Below, piece after piece: positions 33,090-45,122 of a stretch of DNA of 64,000 nt. A program made the translations under genes and the position numbers. Where the stretch lies: the NCBI GenBank assembly GCA_964016885.1, contig OZ024761.1, positions 26,970,001-27,034,000 of the forward strand. The letters are read 5' to 3'. Origin of the DNA: Eledone cirrhosa. Lineage: Eukaryota. Every line of letters begins with the position of its first letter. Position 1 is the stretch's first letter. Below the pieces are notes generated by a model. The model was given only the letters and a program-made list of their open reading frames with translations, was not told the DNA's origin and did not search any database.

Positions 33090-33152
33090 TATTTTATTAT
33101 GCGCATTTCAAAAACAAACATCATCATGCAATGATATTTGTGTTTTCATCAG
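33090..33152 (-). ncRNA. Hammerhead motif (family A), 5' strand of stem I truncated
   Basis: Minus strand CTGATGA aaacacaaatatcat-tgc-atgatgatgtttgttttt GAAA tgcgca TA ataaaata. Confidence 0.6.
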
Positions 33153-33185
33153 AACATGTCTTTTAGCCTTCATATCATGTTCTCC

Positions 33186-33256
33186 TGTTTTATCTGATGA
33201 AAATACAAATATTATTGCATGATGATGTTTGTTTTTGAAATGCGCATAATAAAATA
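33186..33256 (+). ncRNA. Type I hammerhead ribozyme motif (family A)
   Basis: tgttttat CTGATGA aaatacaaatattat-tgc-atgatgatgtttgttttt GAAA tgcgca TA ataaaata. Confidence 0.82.
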
Positions 33257-33287
33257 CATGGAACTCCTTTAACCATCTTTTGATCTT

Positions 33288-33293
<6 letters not shown>

Positions 33294-33330
<37 letters not shown>

Positions 33331-33489
33331 ATATGTATATGTATATATATATATGTATATATGTATATGTATATATATATATGTATATATGTATATGTAT
33401 ATATATATATGTATATATGTATATGTATATATATATATGTATATGTATATATGTATATGTATATATATATATGTATATATATATATATG

Positions 33490-33520
<31 letters not shown>

Positions 33521-34182
33521 GTATATATATATGTATATATATATATATATGTATATATATATGTATATGTATATATATATATGTATATGTATATATGTAT
33601 ATGTATATATATATATGTATATGTATATATGTATATATATATGTGTATATATGTATATATGTATATATATTCATATATATGTATATATATATGTGTATAT
33701 ATATATGTATATATATGTGTATATATTTATATATATTCATATATATGTATATATATATGTGTATATATATATGTGTATATATGTATATATATATGTGTAT
33801 ATATGTATATATATTCATATATGTGTATATATGTATATATATATGTATATGTATATATATGGTGTATATATATGTATACATATGTATAGATATATGTAAG
33901 CATACGTATATATGTATATATATATAAATATATATGTATATGTATATATATGGTGTATATATATGTATACATATGTATAGATATATGTAAGCATACGTAT
34001 ATATGTATATATATATAAATATATATATATATGTGTACATACGTATATATGTATATATATATATATATACATATGTATATATATACATATGTATATATAT
34101 ATATATATACATGTATATATATATACATATGTATATATATATATATATGTATACATACGTATATATATATATATATATATAC

Positions 34183-34220
<38 letters not shown>

Positions 34221-34474
34221 GTATTTATATGTATACATATGTATATACATATATATATGTATACATATGTATATATATATATACATATATATATATGTAT
34301 ACATATGTATATATATATGTATACATATGTATATATATATGTATACATACGTATATATATATGTATACATACGTATATATATATGTATACATACGTATAT
34401 ATATATGTATACATACGTATATATATATGTATACATATGTATATATATATATATGTATATATATAGATATATGT

Positions 34475-34510
<36 letters not shown>
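33294..34510. repeat. (TA)n/TATG/TACA array
   Basis: Visible. Confidence 0.96.
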
Positions 34511-34513
34511 GTA

Positions 34514-34579
34514 TTTTTCATCTGATGAAAGCGCACCATAATTTGCCTTGGTTCCCCGTGAAATATATATAATAAAATA
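34514..34579 (+). ncRNA. Hammerhead motif (family B), followed by family B tail to about 34620
   Basis: tttttcat CTGATGA aagcgcacca...tggttccccgt GAAA tatata TA ataaaata; stem II partly decayed. Confidence 0.62.
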
Positions 34580-35086
34580 AATATGGTTTTATAAATATAG
34601 TTTCCATTTATTAATATATTGTATATATATATATCTATATATATGTATACCTATGTATATATATATATACATATATATATGTATACCTATGTATGTATAT
34701 ATATATATATATATATATATGTATCCATTTGTATTTATATATATGTGTATACATATGTATATATATATACACGTATATATATGTATATGCGTGTGTGTAT
34801 GAGTGCGTGTACATATATATATATATACACGTATATATATATATGTATATAGGTGTGTGTATGTGTGCGTGTATATATATATGTATATATGTGTGTGTAT
34901 ATATGTATGTATATATACAAATACAAATATTTCCTCTTATTCTTTCGTATTTAAACATCTGTAAACCTTTTGTTGGTGTCGTTTCGTTAAGAACAGTGGT
35001 AGACTGTTACCCTTCCTGTCTCGCTTTACCGCCATCAGCTGGTCCTTGGTTGCCTTTGAGGAAGGACATTTGAATTGTTGCAATCA

Positions 35087-36320
35087 TTCGGGTCAGTTCA
35101 TCACGTTTGGGCATAAAGTTATCTCTTCCGTCAACGTTCGGGTCAGTTCATTGTGTTTGAGGATAAAGTTTTCTCTTCCGTCAACGTTCGGGTCAGTTCA
35201 TTGTGTTTGAGGATAAAGTTATCTCTTTCGTCAACCTTCAGGTCAGTTCATTGTGTTTGGGGATAAAGTTTTCTCTTCCGTCAAAGTTCGGGTCAGTTTA
35301 TTTTGTTTGAGGATACAGTTTTCTCTTCCGTCAAAGTTCGCGTCAGTTCATTGTGTTTGACGATAAAGTTTTCTCGTCCGTCAAAGTTCGGGTCAGTTTA
35401 TTTTGTTTGAGGATAAAGTTATCTCTTCTGTCAACGTTCGGGTCAGTTCATTGTGTTTGAGGATAAAGTTTTCTCTTCCGTCAACGTTCGGGTCAGTTCA
35501 TTGTGTTTGAGGATAAAGTTATCTCTTTCGTCAACCTTCAGGTCAGTTCATTGTGTTTGGGGATAAAGTTTTCTCTTCCGTCAACGTTCGCGTCAGTTCA
35601 TTGTGTTTGAGTGTCAACGTTCGGGTCAGTTCATTGTGTTTGAGGATAAAGTTTTCTGTTCCGTCAACGTTCGGGTCAGTTCATTTTGTTTGAGGATAAA
35701 GTTTTCTCTTCCGTCAACGTTCGGGTCAGTTCATTGTGTTTGGGGATAAAGTTTTCTCTTCCGTCAACGTTCGGGTCAGTTCATTGTGTTTGGGGATAAA
35801 GTTTTCTCTTCCGTCAAAGTTCGGGTCAGTTCATTTTGTTTGAGGATAAAGTTATCTCTTCTGTCAACGTTCGGGTCAGTTCATTGTGTTTGAGGATAAA
35901 GTTTTCTCTTCCGTCAACGTTCGGGTCAGTTCATTGTGTTTGAGGATAAAGCTTTCTCTTCCGTCAACGTTCGGGTCAGTTCATTTTGTTTGAGGATAAA
36001 GTTTTCTCCTCCGTCAACGTTCGGGTCAGTTTATTTTGTTTGAGGATAAAGTTATCTCTTCCGTTAACGTTCGAGTCAGTTCATTGTGTTTGGGCATAAA
36101 GTTATCTCTTCTGTCAACGTTCGGGTCAGTTCATTGTGTTTGAGGTTACAGTTTTCTCTTCCGTTAACGTTCGGGTCAGTTCATTGTGTTTGAGGATACA
36201 GTTTTCTCTTCCGTTAACGTTCGGGTCAGTTCATTGTGTTAGAGGATACAGTTTTCTCTTCCGTCAACGTTCGGGTCAGTTCATTGTGTTTGAGGATAAA
36301 GTTATCTCTTTCGCCAACCT
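35087..36320. repeat. 50-bp minisatellite, about 25 copies
   Basis: Unit ttcgggtcagttcattgtgtttgaggataaagttttctcttccgtcaacg; period 50 (e.g. 35137 and 35187). Confidence 0.97.
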
Positions 36321-36375
36321 TGGAAACCCTAAGGAGGGTTAACGCTGAGTATTGTCCTTTTCTCCACGACGAAAG

Positions 36376-36414
<39 letters not shown>

Positions 36415-36735
36415 TGTATTCACAGCTGCAAAAGTGTGTGTATGATAGTTAGTGTTTACTGAATTGAAGTTGATTTAGATCGCGTGGTGCTGTTGTCATC
36501 GTGCAATACTTATATAATAATTGCTACTTTACCACCTAACCTACCTCTATCATCTCCAACTCTCTAAAATCCTTAATCGACAGAGCAAAAAGAACACTAA
36601 GGTATCCTATTTGTGATTTTTTTTTTTTTTTTTTTTTTTTTTTCTTTGGCATCAATGTCAACAAAGTTTTTTTATTATGAAGCTCTCCCCAACTGAACTG
36701 GAAACATGTTTTGTATGTTGTTAACGCATAAATCC

Positions 36736-37215
36736 TTAGTCATAATCCTTATTATAGGAGAATGACATATCACTGTCTTCTGAATTAAAGGCTGACTCTT
36801 CGTCAAAGGTTTCCAGGTCAGTCTCGCCAGCTTTTATTTTCTTGGGTTGGCTGTCATAAGAATATGTGTAACTTGGGTCATATATCATGCCTTCTGTTTG
36901 TTTTAATGAAGTATCAGAAACGCTCTCAGTGCAGTTACCAAGAGACATTGAAGTACATATACTGTCTCTCAATTCTTGGAAAGTATCATAGTTTGTGCAT
37001 GTATCGGAGATATACTCTGGAGTTGTACGATGAGGGAAATGCTTGGCACGGTAATAGTCGGTTTCTTGTGGTTGATCATAGTCTTTGCTGAGGTTAGTAA
37101 GGAATTCTTCCTCAGGCAAATCCTTTGAACGTTTACAGCAACAGCAGATCTTAAATAAAATGCCAATAAAACGCTTACATATGTTCCCTTTGGACGTACA
37201 ACACTTAACTGGCAT
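36736..37215 (-). CDS. Candidate host coding exon or small gene, unknown product (Cys cluster then acidic Ser/Thr/Tyr-rich tail)
   Basis: 159-aa non-repetitive open frame in AT-rich DNA; possible acceptor ttttttctgtgcttgaag one base before the ATG; no family recognised. Confidence 0.5.
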   Translation of the reverse strand: MPVKCCTSKGNICKRFIGILFKICCCCKRSKDLPEEEFLTNLSKDYDQPQETDYYRAKHFPHRTTPEYISDTCTNYDTFQELRDSICTSMSLGNCTESVSDTSLKQTEGMIYDPSYTYSYDSQPKKIKAGETDLETFDEESAFNSEDSDMSFSYNKDYD

Positions 37216-37845
37216 ACTTCAAGCACAGAAAAAAATCTACATATAGACAGGAATTTTTTTTAATATATACGCACGTAGTAAACTGATGAAAAACTAATCA
37301 CTGAATCAGTACAGTAATTCAATAGGATTAGGATACCATGGGTAACATTTTGATGGAAAGAACACCAATTGGAAAGCAAAAGCCTGGGCATCAATAAAAC
37401 ATTTGGTGCTGAACATTTGAAAGTGAATTCCCACAAATAAACATCTTACATGGAACAAAGAAATCTGCAAAGCTTCGGTGTGAACGACATTGCAATGCAA
37501 AGAGAGAGGATCATTGGTAGTATTATTATTATTATGGTTAATAATGATATTAATAATAATAATAAAAAATAGAATTAATAATATTAATATTTGAAGTAGT
37601 TCGAAATACAAAGTTAATAATTTATACAATTCAAGCCAGTATTTTTTGCTTTAAAGTTTCTTTTCGAAATGAAATGAAGATTAAAGCGATGCATCAGTTA
37701 ATTTTATTGCTACGTCATATTCTAAGATTGATTATGACTCATGCTCTGTCAAACCAGAAAATTACCTCCCTTTAATAAATATACATAGATTTAAGTTAAA
37801 AAACAACAACAACAACAACAACAACAAAACACATATTCATTGATG

Positions 37846-38000
37846 ATTTCTACAATAGGTATGACCAGCAAATTGACCAGCAAATTGTATGGGGGTGGGG
37901 GGGGGGGTCGATTGAATTGACCCCAGTTCGTTACTGGTATTTTATTTTATCGATCCCTTAAAGATGAAAGGCAAAGCTAACCATGGCAGGATTTGAACTC
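37846..38000 (-). mobile_element. SINE family A long variant, degenerate
   Basis: Core ttactggta..ttttatcga..gatgaaaggcaaag..atttgaactc. Confidence 0.78.
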
Positions 38001-38199
38001 ATTCATTAATATATATCAGAAAGAAAAAAAAAAAAATTAATAAATGAATACTGCGTATATTTTTCTGATGAGAATTATCTCTTTGCTCGAACACCGTAAA
38101 TACTAGCAGCTGTATTAGTATTAACACGGTTGAATCTCAAAACCAAACCACGTGAGGCAGGTTATGAAATGACTAAATTTTCCAATTTCAGCTACAGTG

Positions 38200-38935
38200 A
38201 AACAATTCTGAGAAATAGCGACTCTACCTGGAGTGACTTGACTCGCTTATCTCCGAGTTACGCACTTTATCGAGTAACGTTAATCCAAAGCCACTTGGGA
38301 GGAACCCCCATTCCGGCCGTTTGTATTCGCGATCATATTCTTTTGGTCATTATCCAAGATTCATGACCATAAGTAAGGATTGTCACGAAAACCGAATTGA
38401 AGATAACGGTGTTCTATTGCACCAGTATTTGCAATTCTTGCATTTAATTCACCCTCCTGCATTCCATCACATGTGAACATGGCCCCCCTAGATAGTTGAA
38501 TTTCTCTACCTGCTTCAGTGGAAATCCATTCACATGGCAAGTGTACAGCGCAGGCTTACTTGAGAGTTTCGCAGAATTGATTTTCGTTTCAGCCAAACAG
38601 CACTCGACATCAGAACTATCGAGTGCTAATCTCAGATCTTCTTCTGTCGATTTAAGTAACACCACGTACTCTGCAAATTCCAACACGGCTGCGCATACTG
38701 CGGGCATATGGTTAGATTGTCTCAGGAAAGAATCGCTGGACAGATTTTAGGGGAAAACCAACCAGTAAGAGACCCAGGAGTAGAACTAGAGCGAGATGGT
38801 AGGATAAAATCCATGAAGTTGGTTCATCTCGGTGGGGGATCCTGCCGGATCAATTGGTGAAAGGTTGTTGCTGGAAGGAGTGTTTGAGGACTCTTTCTCC
38901 ATAACCCTCCCAGGAATAAGGGGACGAAGAAGAGG
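38200..38935. mobile_element. RTE-clade LINE 3' relic with 5' inversion
   Basis: Minus 38690-38200: FAEYVVLL..EEDL..QVEKFNYLG, LTYGHESWIMTKR, LLDKVRNSEI; plus 38700-38935: GHMVRL..ERIA..KRPRSRTRARW. Confidence 0.8.
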
Positions 38936-38983
38936 TACAGTCAATCCGAGGGCATTTCCTATTCAGATTCTTACGTAACTGCA

Positions 38984-39029
<46 letters not shown>

Positions 39030-39104
39030 CATTACATACCGATTCACACATACACACACTCACACATATATATATATATATGTATATACTCATATAAATG
39101 TATA

Positions 39105-39209
<105 letters not shown>

Positions 39210-39211
39210 TC

Positions 39212-39276
<65 letters not shown>

Positions 39277-39388
39277 TATATATATGTATCTCCGATTCAA
39301 CCCGGAATAACGTACATATATATATATATATATATATTCATATATATATGTATATATATACATATATATATATATTCATATATATATG

Positions 39389-39462
<74 letters not shown>

Positions 39463-39544
39463 AGTATATATATACATATATATATATATGTATGAGTATA
39501 TATATATATATATGTATGAGTATATATATATATATATATATACT

Positions 39545-39576
<32 letters not shown>

Positions 39577-40248
39577 CTCATACATATATATATATACATA
39601 TATACTCATACATATATATATATATACTCATATATATATATATATATACTCATACATATGTGTGTAAGAAGGATAAGTAAAATGGCCAATGATGTAATTC
39701 CATAGATATAAATTCTTCGTATTTAGACAATCAATATTCTTATGAAATAAAACCTTAAAACATTACAATTATCTTAAGTCAAATTCTATTTCTAGATGGC
39801 ACCTAGACCTGTTGTCTGAATTATAGGAAAATGTACAGGAATGCACTTTCTGATGCTGCCCCCCCCCACTCTTTCTGATGCTGCCCCCCCCCCCCCCTCT
39901 CACTCTTTCTGATGCCCCCCCCCCTCTCACTCTTTCTGATGCTTCCCCCCCTCTCACTCTTTCTAAATCTATATATATTTATGTATGACCATATTTCTGT
40001 CCGTTCTGTCTCTACCTCTCCATCGCCCCTCTCTCCATCTCCCTCCGCCCTCTCTCCATCCCCCCCCCCTCCCCCTCCTCCCCATCTCCCCTCTCCCCCT
40101 CTCTCTCTATATATATGTGTGCATCTCTCTCTCTGTCTGTCTCTCTCTCTCTCTCTGTCTGTCTGTATATGTGTGTATATACACACAGATACATACGCAC
40201 ATAGATATGAACATTTTGCGTGTGTGCATGTAGGTATGAATATATATG

Positions 40249-40286
<38 letters not shown>

Positions 40287-40306
40287 TATATATATATATA
40301 TATATA

Positions 40307-40361
<55 letters not shown>

Positions 40362-40421
40362 ATGTTGATTTAAATCTTCACTATTCACAAGTGTTTTTTT
40401 AACCTTCATATCATGTATCCC

Positions 40422-40489
40422 TATTTTATCTGATGAAAACGCAGATATCATCTCATGATATTTGTTTTTGAAATGCGCATAATAAAATA
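40422..40489 (+). ncRNA. Type I hammerhead ribozyme motif (family A)
   Basis: tattttat CTGATGA aaacgcagatatcat-ctc-atgatatttgttttt GAAA tgcgca TA ataaaata; stem I perfect. Confidence 0.85.
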
Positions 40490-40527
40490 CTTGGAACTCT
40501 TTTAACTATCTTCCCAAATATATATAT

Positions 40528-40830
40528 ATTTCGTTTCTGAATTTGTTTAGCAAGATTGTTTATCTGAAAACGTGTGTTGAAACCGATATTGTTATACTTT
40601 GGGAGGGTCATGTTGCCAATAAGAAACACACGCACCAGTTGCTTTCACTTCAATTTATTATAATAAATTTATAAATTTAGGAATTTATAAATTTCCGGTT
40701 GGTTGGTTGGTTCCACAACCAGATGATTGTTTATATATTGTCAAAGTTCTTTCGTCACACATTCTGTGACCTCTTCAGTGACTGGGGATTCTTTTCTTTG
40801 TTTTTGTGCCTCTCCTTTGTTCTGTCCTAC
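40528..40830 (-). mobile_element. Family C HHR-cassette element
   Basis: Inverted homologue of 42422-42661; tail shared with 31177-31272; ends in (TA)n. Confidence 0.75.
40740..40782 (-). ncRNA. Minimal hammerhead motif (family C)
   Basis: Minus strand gtca CTGAAGA g-gtcaca-gaatg-tgtgac GAAA gaac TT tgac. Confidence 0.7.
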
Positions 40831-40926
40831 GCCATCTTGTTTTTGTGTGTGTCATATATATATATATATATACTCTTTTATTTTATTTATTTATTTATTT
40901 TTTTTATATATATATATATATAGGAA

Positions 40927-41017
40927 AAGAGTCAGGACCCCGACGGTTGAGCTCCGGCCCTTTCTCGGATCTAGATTTCGAAACGGCCGGAGCTCATCCG
41001 TTGGGGTCCCGACTCTT
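40927..41017. repeat. GC-rich inverted repeat (fold-back)
   Basis: aagagtcaggaccccgacggttgagctccggcc versus ggccggagctcatccgttggggtcccgactctt. Confidence 0.85.
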
Positions 41018-41041
41018 ATCTCGCTTTCTTTCCCCCCTCTC

Positions 41042-41147
<106 letters not shown>

Positions 41148-41694
41148 GATGAATGTATATATATATATATATTTGATGTATATATATATATATTTGATGA
41201 ATGTGTGTGTGTGTATATATATGAGTGTGTGTATGTGTATGTACCGTATGATGCATGAAAAAGTATTAAAGCTATTCGATCATTCAGTCATGATATTGGA
41301 AACTAACTCTCAATATCAAACGAGACGTCGACGGCGGCGACTGTTATAAACGCCGGAAGCCATTACTCAATTTGAAACTATATCTCAATACTATTTACAT
41401 GCTATACGGATGATATAATTACTATAGGATATTAGCTAATTACTTTCATAATACCACGAGATAATATAATATCGTATATAATATGGTATAATCCGGCTTT
41501 AATATAAAAGATAATTAATGGCGTTCCTATATTATCTTTTACGGAAACTAAATATTTGTCGTATGTTCGTTTCCATCGTATATAGGAGAAATGGAACGCA
41601 AGGAATTGTGGGATTGTAGAAATGTTGAATTGTTGCAGTTCATTTATTTTGGAATATAATTTGAGATTTTTCATTATATATAGCATATAATTTC

Positions 41695-41754
<60 letters not shown>

Positions 41755-41757
<3 letters not shown>

Positions 41758-42105
41758 TTAGAAAATAGAATAGGTTTCACCGTATTTTTTGACTAAAGAA
41801 ATTTTAGACTGATAATGGGGTTTAGAACCCTCAGATAAATGGAAAAAGATGAGTATTGACGTACGTGGGAGTCGAACCCACATCTTTGGTTATCGCGACC
41901 ACTGTGCTACCATTACACCAACACATCACGGTGATGTGTTGGTGTAATGGTAGCACAGTGGTCTGGATAACCAAAGATGTGGGTTCGACTCCCATGTACG
42001 TCAATACTCATCTTTTTCCATTTATCTGAGGGTTCTAAACCCCATTATCAGACTAAAATTTATTTAGTCAAAAAATACGGTGAAACCTATTCTATTTTCT
42101 AATTT
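41755..42105. repeat. 351-bp near-perfect palindrome (175-bp arms, centre 41930)
   Basis: Arms reverse-complementary, about 5 mismatches by eye; single-base centre in catcac-g-gtgatg. Confidence 0.95.
41933..42003 (+). tRNA. tRNA-like cloverleaf (SINE-head or pseudo-tRNA), mirrored at 41857-41927 on minus
   Basis: Acceptor gatgtgt/gtacgtc, D arm gtgt-aatggta-gcac, anticodon arm tggt-ctggata-acca, T arm gtggg-ttcgact-cccat; A and B boxes intact; loop differs between the two copies, so unlikely a translational tRNA. Confidence 0.6.
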
Positions 42106-42141
42106 TAAAACCTGCTCACTGTTTCAAAACTTACTTACTTG

Positions 42142-42185
<44 letters not shown>

Positions 42186-42197
42186 CAAGTAAGTAAG

Positions 42198-42250
<53 letters not shown>

Positions 42251-42421
42251 GAAAAAGTAGAGAATAACATGGTCAACAGTACAAAAAAGGGGATTTATGT
42301 GCAGTCTAACAATTGTTTCACTGATAGAATTGTCTAAAAATTGCTGAACACTAAAAGCAGTGCCACTCCATTTTAAATACGATGTTAACTCTATCAGGTC
42401 TTCTGTCATTCTGGCCTTCTG

Positions 42422-42661
42422 GTGTAGGACAGAACAAAAGAGAGGCACAAAACATAGAAAAGAATCCCCAGTTACTGAAGAGGTCACAGAATGTGTGACG
42501 AAAGAAATTTGACAATATATGAACAACCGTCCGGTTGTGGAACCAACCAACCAACCGGAAATTTATATATTTTTGAATTTATAATTTAATTTATAATAAA
42601 TTGGAGAGAAAGCAACTGATGCCTGTGTTACTTACTGGCAACATGACCCTCCCAAAGTATA
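42422..42661 (+). mobile_element. Family C HHR-cassette element (HHR motif 42471-42513)
   Basis: gtta CTGAAGA ggtcacagaatgtgtgac GAAA gaaa TT tgac; homologous to the reverse complement of 40592-40830. Confidence 0.72.
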
Positions 42662-42676
42662 TATATATATACAATA

Positions 42677-43105
42677 TATTAATAAATGGAAACTATATTT
42701 ATAAAACCATATTTATTTCATTATACATATTTCAAGGACACCAAAGCAAATTATGGTGCGCTTTCATCAGATAAAATATAATATAGATCAGTTTTATAAA
42801 CAAATATTGACATACCCATAAAAGAATGCGACCATGTCTGTTGGAAGCTCCCGGATAGTCACATTCTTTTAAGGGTATGTCAATATTTGTTTATAAAACT
42901 GATTTATATTATATTTTATCTAATGAAAGTGCACCATAATTTGCTTTGGTGTCCTTGAAATATGTATAATGAAATAAATATGGTTTTATAAATATAGTTT
43001 CCATTTGTTAATAGATCGTATTTTTACTCCAATGATTTGTTGAGTGCTTTATATCAGTTATAAAAATATTTGCTTGTTGTATCCCAACAATTTAAATAGA
43101 ACTTC

Positions 43106-43107
<2 letters not shown>
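42677..43107. mobile_element. Family B HHR-cassette element, tail-out palindrome (42677-43013) plus tail
   Basis: Arms 42677-42834 and 42856-43013; right arm continues to 43107 then (TA)n. Confidence 0.85.
42714..42778 (-). ncRNA. Type I hammerhead ribozyme motif (family B); mirror copy 42912-42976 has mutated core CTAATGA
   Basis: Minus strand tattttat CTGATGA aagcgcacca-taatttgctt-tggtgtcctt GAAA tatgta TA atgaaata. Confidence 0.8.
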
Positions 43108-43155
<48 letters not shown>

Positions 43156-43480
43156 TATAGTGGTAGCTATGGTGCTTCCGTAGGCGGTATGCCAAAATTG
43201 GCGTGATAAAATTTGCTCCGGACATAACACCCGTGTCTGAAAGAACCCGCAGAAGTAGAATCAGCCAGATCCATACAAAGACCATGACTCGAGCTACATG
43301 CCGGCGAAACATTTGTAACACGAAATAAACTAAGTCCAGATGCATCACTGATTTTTCGTTTTCTTTATAATATATATATATATATATATATATAGTAATA
43401 ATAATAAAATTGAAGACTAAAATCCAAAGAGGGTTCGATAAGGATAAATATATATCAAATATATAAGAACCGTAGAGCAA

Positions 43481-43597
43481 ATATTTATGAAACAACAGAT
43501 TAAAGTTTAGGCAAAGAATCGCTGCTTTCAGATCTTCAGAAGATCCCGTTAAGGGTGAAAGCAGCGATTCTTTGCTTAAACTTTAATCTGTTATTTA

Positions 43598-43605
<8 letters not shown>
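43481..43605. repeat. Fold-back cassette (family F), HHR-like core at the apex; partial copy at 58431-58497
   Basis: Arms 43481-43530 and 43556-43605; centre gatcttcagaagatcccgttaagggtgaaa. Confidence 0.75.
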
Positions 43606-43663
<58 letters not shown>

Positions 43664-44132
43664 CGTAGCATGCGTGTTTATGTTCCAATTTGTACGAATT
43701 CCCATATGAACCTCTGATTTTAAGTATATGTACACATTCGTTTCAGATTAATGTATACATATATTACATTCTTATATACACACACGTTTCAGATGTATTT
43801 ATAGAAGTGTTTTTACATTTCTGTGTTTGTCTTGTCATTTCTTGAGCAATATATATATATATACACACACATGGATATATATATATACATATATATATAT
43901 GTATATATATATATATACACACATGGATATATATATATATATATATATATACAACACAGTTATATGTATATATATATAATATATATATACAAAACAATTA
44001 TATGTATATATTATATATATATAAAACACAACTATATATTAAATCTATATACATGACGTGCGTGTATGAACAGAAATATTTATAAATACACAGTCACACA
44101 TATATATATATATATACTTTTATTTATATACT

Positions 44133-44176
<44 letters not shown>

Positions 44177-44254
44177 CTTGTTTTTATGTGTGTATATGTA
44201 TATATATGTATATATCTATATACATATACACACATATTTACTTTTACTTGTTTT

Positions 44255-44291
<37 letters not shown>

Positions 44292-44370
44292 TTACTTGTT
44301 TTTATGTGTGTATATATATATATATATGTATTTATTTACTTGTTTTTATGTGTGTATATGTATATATATA

Positions 44371-44429
<59 letters not shown>

Positions 44430-44600
44430 ATATATATATATATTTATATATATATATATATATATACATGTTCACATTTTCGGAAAGAAATTTCAGTTTA
44501 TTTCCGAAATATTTCTTCAAAACCGAAGATTTAGATCAAAGTATAGATTTAAAATAAGGAGATTTTCTCTGGATTTGTTATTTAGGAATTTCACAACCAG

Positions 44601-44642
<42 letters not shown>

Positions 44643-44750
44643 GACACACACACGCATACACTTAGAGGCGCACACACACATACATAGTGGCATAGACACA
44701 CACACACAGACACGCACACATAGAGGCACAAACATGCACATATAGAGTGG

Positions 44751-44779
<29 letters not shown>

Positions 44780-44789
<10 letters not shown>

Positions 44790-45091
44790 TCTCAGTGGCA
44801 GACACACACATACACACACACAGACAGACACATTCTCAGTGGCAGACACACACACACAAACATACACACATTCTCAGTGGCAGACACACACACACAAACA
44901 TACACACAAACAGACACATTCTCAGTGGCAGACACACACACACACACATACATACACATTCTCAGTCGCAGACATACACACACACATTCTCAGTGGCAGA
45001 CACACACACATACACACACACAAACAGACACATTCTCAGTGGCACACACACACACACACATACACACACACAGACACATTCTCAGTGGCAG

Positions 45092-45122
<31 letters not shown>

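Larger units (their letters stand above)
32968..33293. mobile_element. Family A HHR-cassette element, tail-out inverted pair
   Basis: Arms 33053-33153 and 33193-33293, 39-nt spacer; left arm continues as a tail to 32968; (TA)n on both sides. Confidence 0.82.

Noticed and set aside
35087-36320. CRISPR-like regular array
   Set aside because: Contiguous 50-bp units with no unique spacers; eukaryotic context; no cas genes
37306-37629. 107-aa ORF upstream of the candidate exon
   Set aside because: Non-ATG start in low-complexity AT/(AAT)n sequence, no recognisable features
38056-38105. CTGATGAG...CTCGAAC hammerhead-like string
   Set aside because: GAAA broken, stems weak, no second copy in the window
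41933-42003. Functional tRNA-Ser(GGA) gene
   Set aside because: No long variable arm, several G-U pairs in the acceptor stem, and the mirror copy has a different anticodon loop
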